A DNA stretch of 63,745 nt, counting the filler. It is 13 parts of 13 records of this genome, joined end to end, with 100 filler letters (N's around TTAATTAATTAA, not from the genome) between each part and the next. Parts side by side here need not be neighbours in the genome. Positions count along the whole stretch, not along the records: positions 19,248 to 23,948 come from SRR7504441_6020; positions 24,049 to 28,492 come from SRR7504441_6026; positions 28,593 to 33,669 come from SRR7504441_6027; 10 more parts are not named here. One strand, given 5' to 3'. Made by a program: the position numbers and the translations under genes. The notes under the pieces were generated by a model that was not told the origin of the DNA, did no database searches, and saw only the letters and a program-made list of their open reading frames with translations. Below, piece after piece: positions 21,202 to 32,600 of this stretch (position 1 is the stretch's first letter; every line of letters begins with the position of its first letter).

Positions 21202-23493
21202 TCAGCACTCCATGAGACCGATTCTACTCTTCTGCAGCTGACCCGAGCCCGCACCCATCCGCGAACAAAGCGTCCTGAAACTCGGAGTGCAACCGCACTG
21301 CGGCGTGCGATTCTTGCACAGTCATCGCCGAGCTCGCAGTGCTATCGTGCTCCGCATCCTCTACAATAATTTCGCCTGCCCCGCAGCTGAAGGCAGCCAA
21401 GCAGCCAGGCTAGACCATTGGAATAGTTGTTGATCGCCGGTCCCACAAGACTCTGCGGGTTGTCATCTATCAGGAACGGTGGGTTGCCCAACGGATCCTT
21501 AAAGTAAAACCTCAGCTGCCCAGCTGCCGTCAAGCCCTGCCGGCCTGCCAATTGCCTCGTCTATCTTCTGCAGCCCGAATTGCTTCTTGCACATGGTGCG
21601 CATCTGGCTCACCAGCATCGTCTGCGAGAGTCGCTTCTCAACCGGCTTTTTGGGCACCTTGGCCCCTGGCACGTTGCACGTGAACCGCACCTGCCCAGCC
21701 GCTCGCCGGGCGGTTGCGGGTAGCGGTTGCCTTGTTAGTGCTCGCCTTGAGGCTGGCGTCCGCCCTCAGGTTGGCGCTCTGTTGGAGCGAGTCCGCATGC
21801 TCGGCCCACAGCTGCGTGAACCTCGGATGGTCCAGCAGGAACTGCCTGGGCGGGTGATCAGGGTCCTCCCCTCCCGCCCGCAGCTCGGTGATGATGTCCA
21901 CCACGTACAGCCTCTGCCGCCCGGGCTCGTGGCTGGGCGCGGGCCGGGCACCTCGGAGTTGCGCTGCTCGCCGGAAGCTAGCTTGGAGTGGTTGACGGAG
22001 CTCAGACCAGGCAGCCGCGCAATCACGTGGTGCCGGCGCCACTTGTTGACCAGCACCCCGATCTGTGAGTCCACCTCGAGCTCTGTGCCCTCCGGCGGGA
22101 GCGTGATCGGGTTGTCTTTAATTGAGAGTTCCTCCAGCCCAGGCATCCTGTCCTGTCTCTCAGCCAGCCAAGCCGGAGCCCTCACCCAGCCAGCCCGTCG
22201 ACACCAGTCCAGTTCGCCACCTTGTTTGCGTCGAGCGAGAGCACGCGCAGCTTGCCGAAGCTGCCCTCCGCCGGCCCGACCTGCTCTATGCAGTTGTGGT
22301 CCAGCACCAGGGTCTCGAGCGAGCACAGCGCGCCCAGCCCGTCGGCCACACTCGGCCAGCCCAGGCAGTTATGGTCCAGTCGGAGCACACGGAGCCGCCC
22401 GAACTGGCCTGCCCCAACCGGTCCCCCCCCGCCTGGCCGGGTTGCCACTTGGTTGCGCCCCAGTCATCTCTGTCAGCTGGTTTTGTCCGAGTGACAGTTC
22501 CTCCAGAGCAGGCATCTCAGGCTCAATGCAGGCCATCTGGGCCACACGTCGGCCGCAGCCCAGCCCGGGCCGGTCACCGCCGCCCAGCTGGTGCCAGTGC
22601 TACTCAGTACAAGCTGCTTTAGCCCGCCAAACGCCCCCGGGAAGCCCCTGGGAAGCCCCTGGGCCTCCCCAGGGCTTCCCAGCTCGGCAGACAGCTCGAG
22701 CCGGCACCGACGCAGGCTGCCAACCGGCTCAGCAGCCGGCGCGCACTCGTGTGCGCCTGAGCTTGGTCAGTTTGGGCAGCTCAGCGGCCAGGGCGGCCAG
22801 CTCAGTCCACTGACTGACCAGCGTGTTGTCGAGATAAAGCTCCTCGGCACCTGCAACCACTCAGCCGGCGCTCCCAGCCCGCGCGCACAAGGCGTCGCTG
22901 ACCCGACCGAGCCTGCGGGACCGGCCAGACCAAATGCGGAGTCCTCGATGTCGATGGTCCGAAGCACCGCCGGCTGGATCGCTCGGCCCTCGGCCTGCCC
23001 CCGGTCCCGCCCGCCGGCCGGGCCAAGGCACCTGGGCCATATCGCCCAGCATGAAGTCCTCAGTGACCGCCGCCCCGGGCCGGCTCGTGTTGCCCTCGGC
23101 TGCCGACAGGTTGGCCCGCGACCCCCGCGGCTGGCAACCGTACTGGCGGCGGACTGCCTCGCTGTACTCGACCGGGCCCGAGAGCTTGCTCGCCATCGCG
23201 GCCTGGATGAACGCGCCCTGCCCGGGCACTGCACCAGCTCGGGCGGCGGGCGGGCTGGGCTGGGGCACCGGCACAGCTGAAGTAGGAGACCCCATCCAGC
23301 TGGCCGCTGTGCTTGCCCGGCTTGGTCTCCCATTCCACCCCGAGCCAGGTGCCTGCCCCAGCTCCAGCCCGCCCCCCGGCCGGCGGCCACCAGGGCGGGC
23401 GTCCGTGAGCGGCCCGATGTACCGGATCCAGCCGGCGTCGGCTTTGAATCGGAACCGAGCGCCCACGCGCACCCAGTCCGGCTCGGGTTGCAT
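21202..23493 (-). CDS. TBCE: Tubulin-folding cofactor E-like (CAP-Gly, LRR, ubiquitin-like), many introns
   Basis: IRYIGPL...EWE..PGKHSG.LDGVSYFSC (CAP-Gly), LRRs (LRVLRLDHN, LETLVLDHN, LEELSIKDNPI), IARLPGL...E..NSE and a C-terminal Ubl-like segment. The 3' end is approximate. Confidence 0.8.
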
Positions 23494-23633
23494 TTCCACT
23501 TCAAGCCGGGTTGTTCAGTTGTTGTTGTCGCTTAGCTCTGTATACGGTACGTAGCTATAGACTGAGTGTCTGAGTCTAGTGCAAGCAGCAGAGACATGAT
23601 TGTAAGCACTTGCCATTATCGCCATTTCTTGAG

Positions 23634-23876
23634 ATGAATCCGAGAAAGCCAGCCTCTTTTTGCCCGGCCTGCAAACGCCAGCGCCAACAGCATCGCCATC
23701 CACAGCACCCATCCCACCTCCATCCCCCTGGGAATATGACTGCTGAGTGTATGATAGAGGTCGCGCTGCGGAAAAAGGAGCAAGAGGAGCGCGAGCGGAA
23801 GAAGCTAGCCGAGAATGTGCCCGTGACTCCGGTGGGCATTCAGATGGGGGACGACGTTGGTGTGGTTGGGGTGTAG
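23634..23876 (+). CDS. Small hypothetical protein (CPAC motif, His-rich)
   Basis: 80-codon ORF divergent from TBCE and followed by an AT-rich 3' region; no family recognised. Confidence 0.3.
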   Translation: MNPRKPASFCPACKRQRQQHRHPQHPSHLHPPGNMTAECMIEVALRKKEQEERERKKLAENVPVTPVGIQMGDDVGVVGV

Positions 23877-24424
23877 CGCTTGCTAGCACGCGATCTACTG
23901 CTGTACATAAATATAATAACTAAAACGCTCTCATTACGAGGACAGATTNNNNNNNNNNNNNNNNNNNNNNNNNNNNNNNNNNNNNNNNNNNNTTAATTAA
24001 TTAANNNNNNNNNNNNNNNNNNNNNNNNNNNNNNNNNNNNNNNNNNNNGAGCAGTCCGTCTGCGGCTCGAGCCCGAACTCCAGGCCGCCAAGCCGGGCCT
24101 GCGGAAGCTTGGTAGCGGGCTTGATGATTATGTGCACAGGTCCAGACCGTGTCGGTCGCTGCGGCGACGAGGCATGCGACGAGGACCTCGGCGACCGCCT
24201 CGCATCGGAGGAGGCACTGCGGATCAGTGTCCCCAAGGTATACAGCGTTGCACGGCTACGTGCGGCGCCGGCTACACTATGCAGGACTTGACGTCCTGAG
24301 CTTAGTAGGCGCTAATCTACAATAGACCTGCCGTCGCGTCCATCAAGGAGAGTCGCACTTGAAACTCGCCTCCACGGGCACCAGGGTCGCCCTTTTAGCT
24401 CCCTGAGGAGCCGACAACCGGGCC

Positions 24425-27241
24425 ATGGAGGAGGATGAGGTTGTGATCCTTGAGCCCGAGCTGCTCGGCGACCTGGACCGGGGCTCGGCTCCCGCGGCCG
24501 ACGGCTGGGCTCTCCGGCTGAGCGTGCACGACGGGGAGGTGTTGGGCCGGGCTCAGATCAACCCGGGCTCGCGGCACCTCTCCCGGAAGCACATTGTGGC
24601 CAGACGGGTCCACCGGCAGGCGCAGATCAAGGGGATCGGGCGGGCAGGCACCTGGCTCAACGGGGAGAGGATCCCGGAGGATAGCTGGCGGCCGCTCAGC
24701 CCGGGCGATCGCGTTTCCCTGTGCAGCCCGGGGAGCGCTGAGTTTCCGGCGTACGTCTGGTGTTTGCCTCCGCAGCGCCCGGGCGTCAAGCGGCCGAGGA
24801 GCGCCGCCACCGGAGCCGGCGTGGAGGACGCGATTGTGATCGAGGACGGCACGGTCGGAGCTCCTGCGGTGGTGGTGCTAGACAGCTCGCAGGAGGAGCC
24901 GGTGTGGTCCTCTGACCCCGACGAGGATGCCGATCGGGAGCTGGCGCTGCAGTTGCAATCCGAGCTGAATAGGGGCGACGAGAAGAAGACTGATGACCCG
25001 GCTGCGATGTCTGACTCAGAGTACGCGAAGAAGCTTCAGGAGGAGTTTGATCGAATGGATAGGGCAAGTTATGCCGAGATCCAGGAGAGGAACAAGAATG
25101 ACCCCGGGAGAGACGTGCTCTACGAGCACCGGGCCAGCATCGACCGCATCCTCAAAAACCAGTTGAATTGCCCGCAAGTCCAAATCAAAAAGGTGACACC
25201 AAACGTGCACTCGCTGCCTGGTACGACCCTGTACGAGCGTTTCCTCGAGTCGTGGTGCGATGTTCCGGATAAGACTGTACGAGTGGTGTTCCACGGTACT
25301 GCGGAGGCAAACATTGATGCGATCTGCCGCGATTCGCTGGATCCAGGCAAGAGGACTGGCCAGGCCATGGGCAAGGGTGAGTATTTCGGTCTCGACTTTC
25401 TGACTTCCCTAGGCTATTGCAAGGTGAATAAATCCCTAATTCTGACCGATCTCACCACTGATTGCTTGCGGCTGCTGACAGGGTGGGAAAAAGATGCTCG
25501 TGTTTGCTGTTCTTGCGGATAAGAGCGGGCTTACATGCTTGCAAGAGAACTCCGCTGCCGGGCGGCCATGGCAGGCGGGAAGGCGTGGCATGTCTGGCTA
25601 CACTCTGGGTCAAGGCGTGTCTGAGCCTGGCAAGAGTGACGTGCTGGAGACTGGTAGGAAGACCAGCGGCGTGATTGTGATCAACAAGAAGGAGCACCAG
25701 CTACCTCTATTCATCGTGGAGTTTGAAATGCGTGGAAGCCCCTACGGCCACCTACATGGAGCGGGCGCATCAATGTATGGGGCCGGGGCAGCAATGTACG
25801 GGGCCGGGTCAGCAATGTATGGAGCCGGCGCAGCAGCGGCGGCGGCGGCTATGCGCCTGGCGGGTGGGATGCCTGGGTTTGGCATGGGCCCTGGATACAC
25901 GCTTGGTGCGGCTCAGCCACCGTTGCGGCCACCTGTAAACTTCTATCCACAGCCGAAGAGGAGGAAGCGTTCTGCCCTTGTGAGAGTTAAACAGCCGGTG
26001 GTGGAGCAACCTGAATCTTTTCCGGGCGGGTTGAGCGTCGGGTGTAAAGTTCGAATCCACGGGCTCAATGACCGACCGAGCCTGAATCAGCAAATGGTGC
26101 TGGCCACTGTGTGGCCACAGCCTGACCTGTGCTTGCAGGGGACTGTCCTCGGCTACAATGCATCCCGCTTGAGGTTTAATATCAAGTGCGATCGCATACC
26201 GCAGATCTCAATCAAGCTGGCCAATCTTACCCTGCTCTCCGACGCGGAAGTGGCTAAAGCGGAGGATGCTGCGGCCGAGAAGTTCTTTCTTCTGTTGACT
26301 TTAGCACACGAAATGTATCGCTCGCAGGCGTTTGATCACGCCACGCTCACCTCGATTCTGCAACAGCTATTTTCAGAAAGTCACTCTGGCTCGCATTCGC
26401 CTACGGCTGCTGTGCCTGCACCAGTGGCCTCAAAGCACTGCACAGTCTGTTTCACCGAATGGGGAACAGACGCTGTTGCAGCAGCTTTGCCTGTTAATTG
26501 CGGAGGATCTAAGATGATCTGCCAATCTTGTCTGCTGCAATGGGTGACAAGTCAGATTGACGCAGGCGATGTGATTCCGTGGATTGCAACACCTGCACCG
26601 CAGAACTCGTCGCCACTCCCGCTGGAGACTCTGCTCGATGCAGGGGTGGACGATAGAACACTGTGCAAGTTTGCTGTCGAGCACTTGCGGCGCGTCTTGC
26701 CACGTTACTCGGCGTTTGTCCAGTGCTCTAATACAAAGTGTCAGTTTGGATTTCTGGTCACTGGGGACAAGGACCAGCGCCGCCAGTGCGAAGCATGCAA
26801 AACCATGCAGACTGTCTCTCGCAACCCACTCTCCCGAGATCCGGCTTTGCAGAAGATGCTCAAGGATGGGACGGTGCGGCTGTGTCCAAGGTGTATGCCC
26901 TTCCTGCTCGTGTAATTGACCAGCCCATCGCAGGTGCAGCGACCCGACGATGAAAGACATGGGCATTTGCAATGTCTTACAATGCGGTCGGTGCTCTGTT
27001 TGGTGGAATTGGAAGACGCGTGAGACTGGTGCCTACCAGGCGATCGCCACGCTTAGCTGTGACTGATACAGGTAATTCATCCACTGAGCTGAAGCAGAAG
27101 GCCCGAAGCCGAGGCACCCTCTGGGAGCCTGGTGAACTCGAGTATCAGCAACGGCTCCAGACCAGCGACCCGGCCGCGTTCAAGGCGCTGTTGGAGAAGA
27201 ACGGCATGGAATTCGATCCGAACTACATGCGTGGAACTTAA
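24425..27241 (+). CDS. Multidomain FHA / SIM / MIU / PARP-like ART / RBR E3 ligase protein
   Basis: FHA (LGR...LSRKH...GTWLNG...LSPGDRVSL), ART (VFHGT...GKGEYF...SLGY), RING1, IBR and RING2 (CPRC...KDMGICNVLQCGRC). Introns at ~25424-25481, ~26891-26933 and ~27029-27071. Confidence 0.8.
25772..25834 (+). repeat. Coding 21-nt tandem repeat (MYGAGAA x3)
   Basis: ATGTAYGG(G/A)GCCGG..CAGCA repeated three times. Confidence 0.8.
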
Positions 27242-27491
27242 TAATTTTGTCATGGCGACGCTTGGGCGACGCAAGCTCCGACTCGAACCCTAACTCAAAC
27301 CCACAGACAGCTTATACGTTACATGATCGTACAGAACAACGACAAATCAGCCTTAAATCAGCATGTTCAAATAAAATAGAATTGCGTAATCTATATACAA
27401 ACACTATAAACAGTGTGTTTACTGTAATTGATTACTATTAGTACATCTACGAGGCATTCACCAGGTATTCTCTGTGTGCTTTAATCCTATT

Positions 27492-28490
27492 TTAATCCAA
27501 CCTCGCGCGTGAGTCGCTTGAGCCCATCGCTCGCTGGCTTACCACGCTTGCCGTACTCCTCGGTGGCCCTGAATCGCAGTATTGGTCAAAGATCTGCTCC
27601 AGCTCGAACCTGGACATGAGCGCTGGACAGACTCCGATTGCTTCTGCAGCTTGGGCAAGCTTATGGAATGTTTCGCCGCCTTGCAGCCCGAGAAGCCCCT
27701 TCAACTGTGCTTTGTACTTCGATACCAGCTCTGTATGCGTTCTAGCATCGCGTAGACCCAGGGCACGGCTCGAGCAAGGCGACCCGTCTAGAGATGCGAA
27801 GCTCGTCTCGAATCCAATGGCAACTTGGTCGAAGTCAAAATCGATGTTGAAGCTACTCTTCAACTCCTCAACATAATCAGGAACAGGCCCATCGCTTGAA
27901 TCCTCGGATACCGAATCCTCTAGCTCATCTTGCTGTTCGGCACTGTGTGTCAAAAGCGCCTGCTTATTCAGAAGATCACCCCGAGTAGGTCTTGTGCTGT
28001 TGTCTGATAAAACGTAAGCTTGTGAGTTGCTGAGCTCCTGGATATCCATGCTCGAAAGACTGCTCAAGGGGACCGCTCTCGGCCGAAGTTCGTTGCACAG
28101 TCCCCAGAACAGCTTGAATTTCTGCTGTCGCCAGTGGACTAGTGCCTTGCTATAGCGGCTTGCCATGAGCTTAGCTTCGAGCATTGGCTGACGCAAAGCA
28201 GCCCAGAGTCTTCTATGATTGTGAGCTCCTGCCTTTATCAACCTGCCCAGGTCTTTTATTCGTTCAGTGTACCATCCTATCCACATTTGGAAATTTTGTC
28301 GGAAATCATACTCAACAGCCATTTTGCCAAAGCGCTTATGTGTAGCAAGCCGAGCAAGTCCATCTTTCCAGGCGTTCCAGGAAACTTGTGTCTCGTAGTG
28401 CTGAATGAGGGCCGTTCTGTCTCTGGAGCCCTCGGCTTCAAATGTGAAATCAGAATACCAGCTTCTCCACATGGTCCAAACTAAACGCAA
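27492..28490 (-). CDS. Hypothetical protein with Trp-periodic (Sfi1-like) helical segment (5'-partial)
   Basis: Open frame from the contig edge with spaced W..W motifs. Confidence 0.45.
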   Translation of the reverse strand: MRLVWTMWRSWYSDFTFEAEGSRDRTALIQHYETQVSWNAWKDGLARLATHKRFGKMAVEYDFRQNFQMWIGWYTERIKDLGRLIKAGAHNHRRLWAALRQPMLEAKLMASRYSKALVHWRQQKFKLFWGLCNELRPRAVPLSSLSSMDIQELSNSQAYVLSDNSTRPTRGDLLNKQALLTHSAEQQDELEDSVSEDSSDGPVPDYVEELKSSFNIDFDFDQVAIGFETSFASLDGSPCSSRALGLRDARTHTELVSKYKAQLKGLLGLQGGETFHKLAQAAEAIGVCPALMSRFELEQIFDQYCDSGPPRSTASVVSQRAMGSSDSRARLD

Positions 28491-28798
28491 TCNNNNNNNN
28501 NNNNNNNNNNNNNNNNNNNNNNNNNNNNNNNNNNNNTTAATTAATTAANNNNNNNNNNNNNNNNNNNNNNNNNNNNNNNNNNNNNNNNNNNNGGCAATTT
28601 GACTTCGGACACCCCCCCTCCCTCTGTAACACAAGTAATCCAACCGGGTCCCCTTTACCCTGGAGCGTTTGAGTCCTTGCACGGTACGGTCTGACGGTAC
28701 AGCTGGCCCACTGACTTGCTCTGCCGCAGCACCAGGACTCGATTTCTCGGGAGCACGTAACGTGTGCCTGCTGGCTCTTTGCGCAGTGAGCAGTGGAG

Positions 28799-29290
28799 AT
28801 GGTCCGCCGCCTGAACGTCTTGGTGAAGCACCTGTCGCCGCATGCAGGTGCATGCCGCGGCAGGAGCAGCGTGTTGATTCTGTGCTTGTGCTGCAGCCGC
28901 CGCGCTGCCGGAAATTTCGATGGAGGAGATCAAGAAGCACTCCACCAAAAAAGACACCTGGATCATCATCGACGGCAAGGTGTACGATTTGAACAAGGAC
29001 TCCCCGCTCAAGGGCTCGCATAGCAACGGCGAGGAAAAGTTTCTCACCGACCACCCCGGTGGCAAGAAGATCCTCATCATGCAGGGTGCGCCCGCGTGCT
29101 GCACAAATAATCCCCGCCTGTGCGTGCCGACCCGTGTTTCCCCATCCCGGAGCCGTAGTATGTGCTGGTGGACTCAGACTGCTGGTGTCCAGGCGGTAAG
29201 GATGCCACGGAGGTGTTCAAGGAGTTTCACTCCAAGTCGATCCTAGACAAATACGGCGAGGCACTGTGCATCGGGATCGTGAAGAACTAG
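28799..29290 (+). CDS. Soluble cytochrome b5-like heme protein with N-terminal PTS2
   Basis: Exons 28799-28847, 28897-29085 and 29193-29290. Sequence [26 protein letters not shown] and [10 protein letters not shown], with no C-terminal TM. Confidence 0.85.
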
Positions 29291-29655
29291 GCACACGAGT
29301 GCCTCCCGTTTCGATTGTCAGCTGCCAGTGTCCCGGGGGAAGGCAGCAAATTTGCTGCAGCCCTACGCTGCAGCTTAAAGTGATGTAGAGCTCACTTGAA
29401 TACAACACGGGATTAGACAACGCTCGAGTAACCGGCCCATCATCAATAAAGATATATCTATAGGATTGATTAATTGCGAACATATAGGTACCATTTATGA
29501 CTGAATAGCTCATGGTAAGTAGACGGTGGCTATAGTCGCGCCCTATCCGGAATTTCGCGCCCTAAAACTGCCGAATAATTATTATTATTTGATTCAGTAT
29601 TTCAGTACTGTATACGTATCAGTACGGTATTAATTGGCCAAGAGCAAACACTGAT

Positions 29656-32600
29656 TTATTTTGACTCCGCTTTTGCTACTGGGCTATGCATCCCAAGCCT
29701 TGTGTTGAAATCTAGCATCAACCATTTCTGATTGGCAAGGAATGACTTTGCGTCATGTCTCTTAGCAAAGGCATCGACTATGATTATGAATAGGGGCCAT
29801 CCGAAGCCGATCAACACGACTTCCCATGAGAGCGACTTGGCACTGTCATCAGAATTTGGAAGAGAAAGCACAATCACAGCGGTGATTAGGGCTTGTGTAG
29901 AAAGTCCAATACCAATTGCTGCCCACCACAGAGAATGAGGCCGGAATCTGCGATGCAGTTTTGGTTCATCATCACTCCTAAATCGGCACAGCATAGGATT
30001 AAATCTGTGTATGAACCCTGCGGAAATGACACAGAGGTAGAGTGCAAATGCCCAGAGAGCAATGCCACGTGCCCACTGCAACCGCTCAAGAGCGTCACCA
30101 TATAGCTCGTCCTCCATCTCACCAAACAGATCATCTTGCATCAATCCAGACCAATCCTTGTGGAAGGAATCTTTGAGGCACCAGGCATAAATAAGCGCGG
30201 AAATTATCACAGATGGCACGAACCGCACAGCGAAATATGTAAACAAATTCCGCGTGGTAATCGAATCGTCAGCCCACGACAGGCTATCATTGTCTGCTGT
30301 CAGCCTTTTGGGGGACACCATCTTCATCACGTCTTCATCTTGCGGGGTTGCCAAGAGCGAGAATGTTATCACAGGGATCAGGAGCCAACTGAACCACACT
30401 ACATGCACAACAGTGACGAGGGAGGGTAGCTGACAAATAGTGACGACCAGAGCCAACAAAGCCAAGGATAAATTAGCACCACACACAAAGAATGCTGCCT
30501 GCAGCATATTAGTGTGCAGCCGTCTTGCCTGGCTGATGACTGAGACCCAAATGCAGAGGTTGACTTCTTGATCCTCAGATGAGCCACGCTGGGTGCTTAC
30601 ACCGAACCCACAATGCAATGAATTCAATTTCCCAGATAGAGCAACCTTGTGAGCGTGGCAACGTGATACAAAAGTCGGAGGCTTTGGGCACAACCCACTA
30701 TGTGCACTTGTGTTCCGTCGGACGGCTTCGCAGCGACGGTCCATCGAAATGGCTGGATGCGACGGTTCTACATAGACTGCAAAATCTGATTGAACAAAGA
30801 TCTTCCTATTAGCAGCACAGTACGACGACCCCATTGCCAGGACAGATTCACCATTTTCCTGCATAATTCGAATCATTTCTTCTGTCTCCTGTGTGCCTGC
30901 TTGAGCGAACAGATTGACCAACAGTGGTACGTTATCCACCTCCTCCAAATGGTTACGGACAGCGGAGATCCCCACTGGAAGCTTGGCAGGGTTCGGGTTT
31001 GCAGCCATCAGTGGCGCTGGTGTGTTCCACACCACATGTTCGACCTGGAGCTTACCGAGGTTCTTATCTACATCAAGCTGGTGCACTAGCTGGTCTATTC
31101 CATGCTGAGCTATGTTGTGTATTGTGACTTTACAGGTAACAAGCTGATCAGACTCGCTTGACAAGTAACAGACTTCTTTTGATTCCACGGTGCTACCAAG
31201 CAGCTCTTCCACAGTGATGTCCTCTAAGCTGGCACCGGAATGTGTACTTACATGTGAAGCAACCAAATCTGTCATGCTGAGTGCTGAGGGCTCGCCAATC
31301 AAAGCATCACTTTCTTCAGCAGCCACTGGAACTAGATCTGCATCGTCGAAACCTCGTATTTCTATGGTAAACTCCAGGTTCCTATCCTCTGGCCTGGGAT
31401 CACGAAGAGAGACGCAGCAGTTCCAGTCTGCATCAAGACCGAGCTTGTCGGCAAAAGCAATAGCGCGACGCATTGGATCGGGACAGAAGTGAATGAAGCG
31501 GATTCCTGCTTTCCTGAGGTCATCAATCATGTCAATCGCACCCTTCTTCGCCTGGAGCCTCATTGCAGACATGCCTAAAAAGATGCATCCTCGTAACTTA
31601 TTCTCGAGCTCTTCATCTGGGTCTTTAGCTTGGCCATGCTCCAGTACAGGAAGCATCTCACCTTTTGCCACCCTGTCATTTGTGATGACGCGTTGGCTCT
31701 TGTGCGCTGACTCTGGTTGGTCTAGAAATGTCTTTATGTCGCTATCGGATAGAATTGGCCGATAAGCAAATGCTCGGCACTCATGGCCCTGCACTTCGCT
31801 CCAATCTTTGTAGCGTGCAATGATTCGATTCCGATCCCCTGATGTCATTGGCCTGATCAGAGAGTTCAGCTCTTTACCCCCATCCGGATTGAAATAATGC
31901 GTGCAATATTCCAGAGCAATTAAAGCATGTCCTGATATCAGCAATTGCAACGCACCAGAACCCTCGTCTTGTGCCTCAGTGACTGCTGCATCAAGGACAC
32001 CATATTTGCTCCCAGTATCTGTAGATACTGGTCTGTTCAACCTGAATTCGGTCCGCTTAGACCATGCACTCACCACATCTTCAACAAACCCGATCTCCTT
32101 ACTCAGATAATTCAGACAGTCATCATCGCAGAACGCTGCTTCTGGGATCTCGTGCAGACCATAGCTGTGCAATGAGCAATCATTCACCAGCAAAGAGATC
32201 AATCCAATTGGCCGAAGTGATGCAAGATGTTCCTGCCGCCAGCGCGAGTCCTCAAAGCGCACTGTTCGGGAGGTGGATGTGTTGTTCTGTTCGACATCAA
32301 GAATCACTTTGTCACGAACTCCAGACTCGCGATCAATGTGATCTTTGGGAAGCAAGAGCTTTTCAAGGTAAGGAATCGGTGTTGCTATGACTCCCTGCTT
32401 GTCTACACAGCACATCACTGTGATCGAACCAAGCGTATGCACGTAGTCACAGGAATTGCCCAGTGAAGATCCATCGCCATGCATAAGGCACTTGAGTTGT
32501 CTCCACCATTCATTGGCGACGACCTCTGGAGGTGTCTTGTCATCAAACTTGATCCCGGGAGCCTGCTGGTCCTCCTCGAGCAGAGCCTCGAAGAGCGCCA

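Noticed and set aside
21587-23554. Long plus-strand ORFs (408, 229 and 206 aa) and similar overlapping ORFs elsewhere
   Set aside because: These are antisense shadows of real GC-rich genes (here TBCE), with low-complexity P/R/A/G translations.
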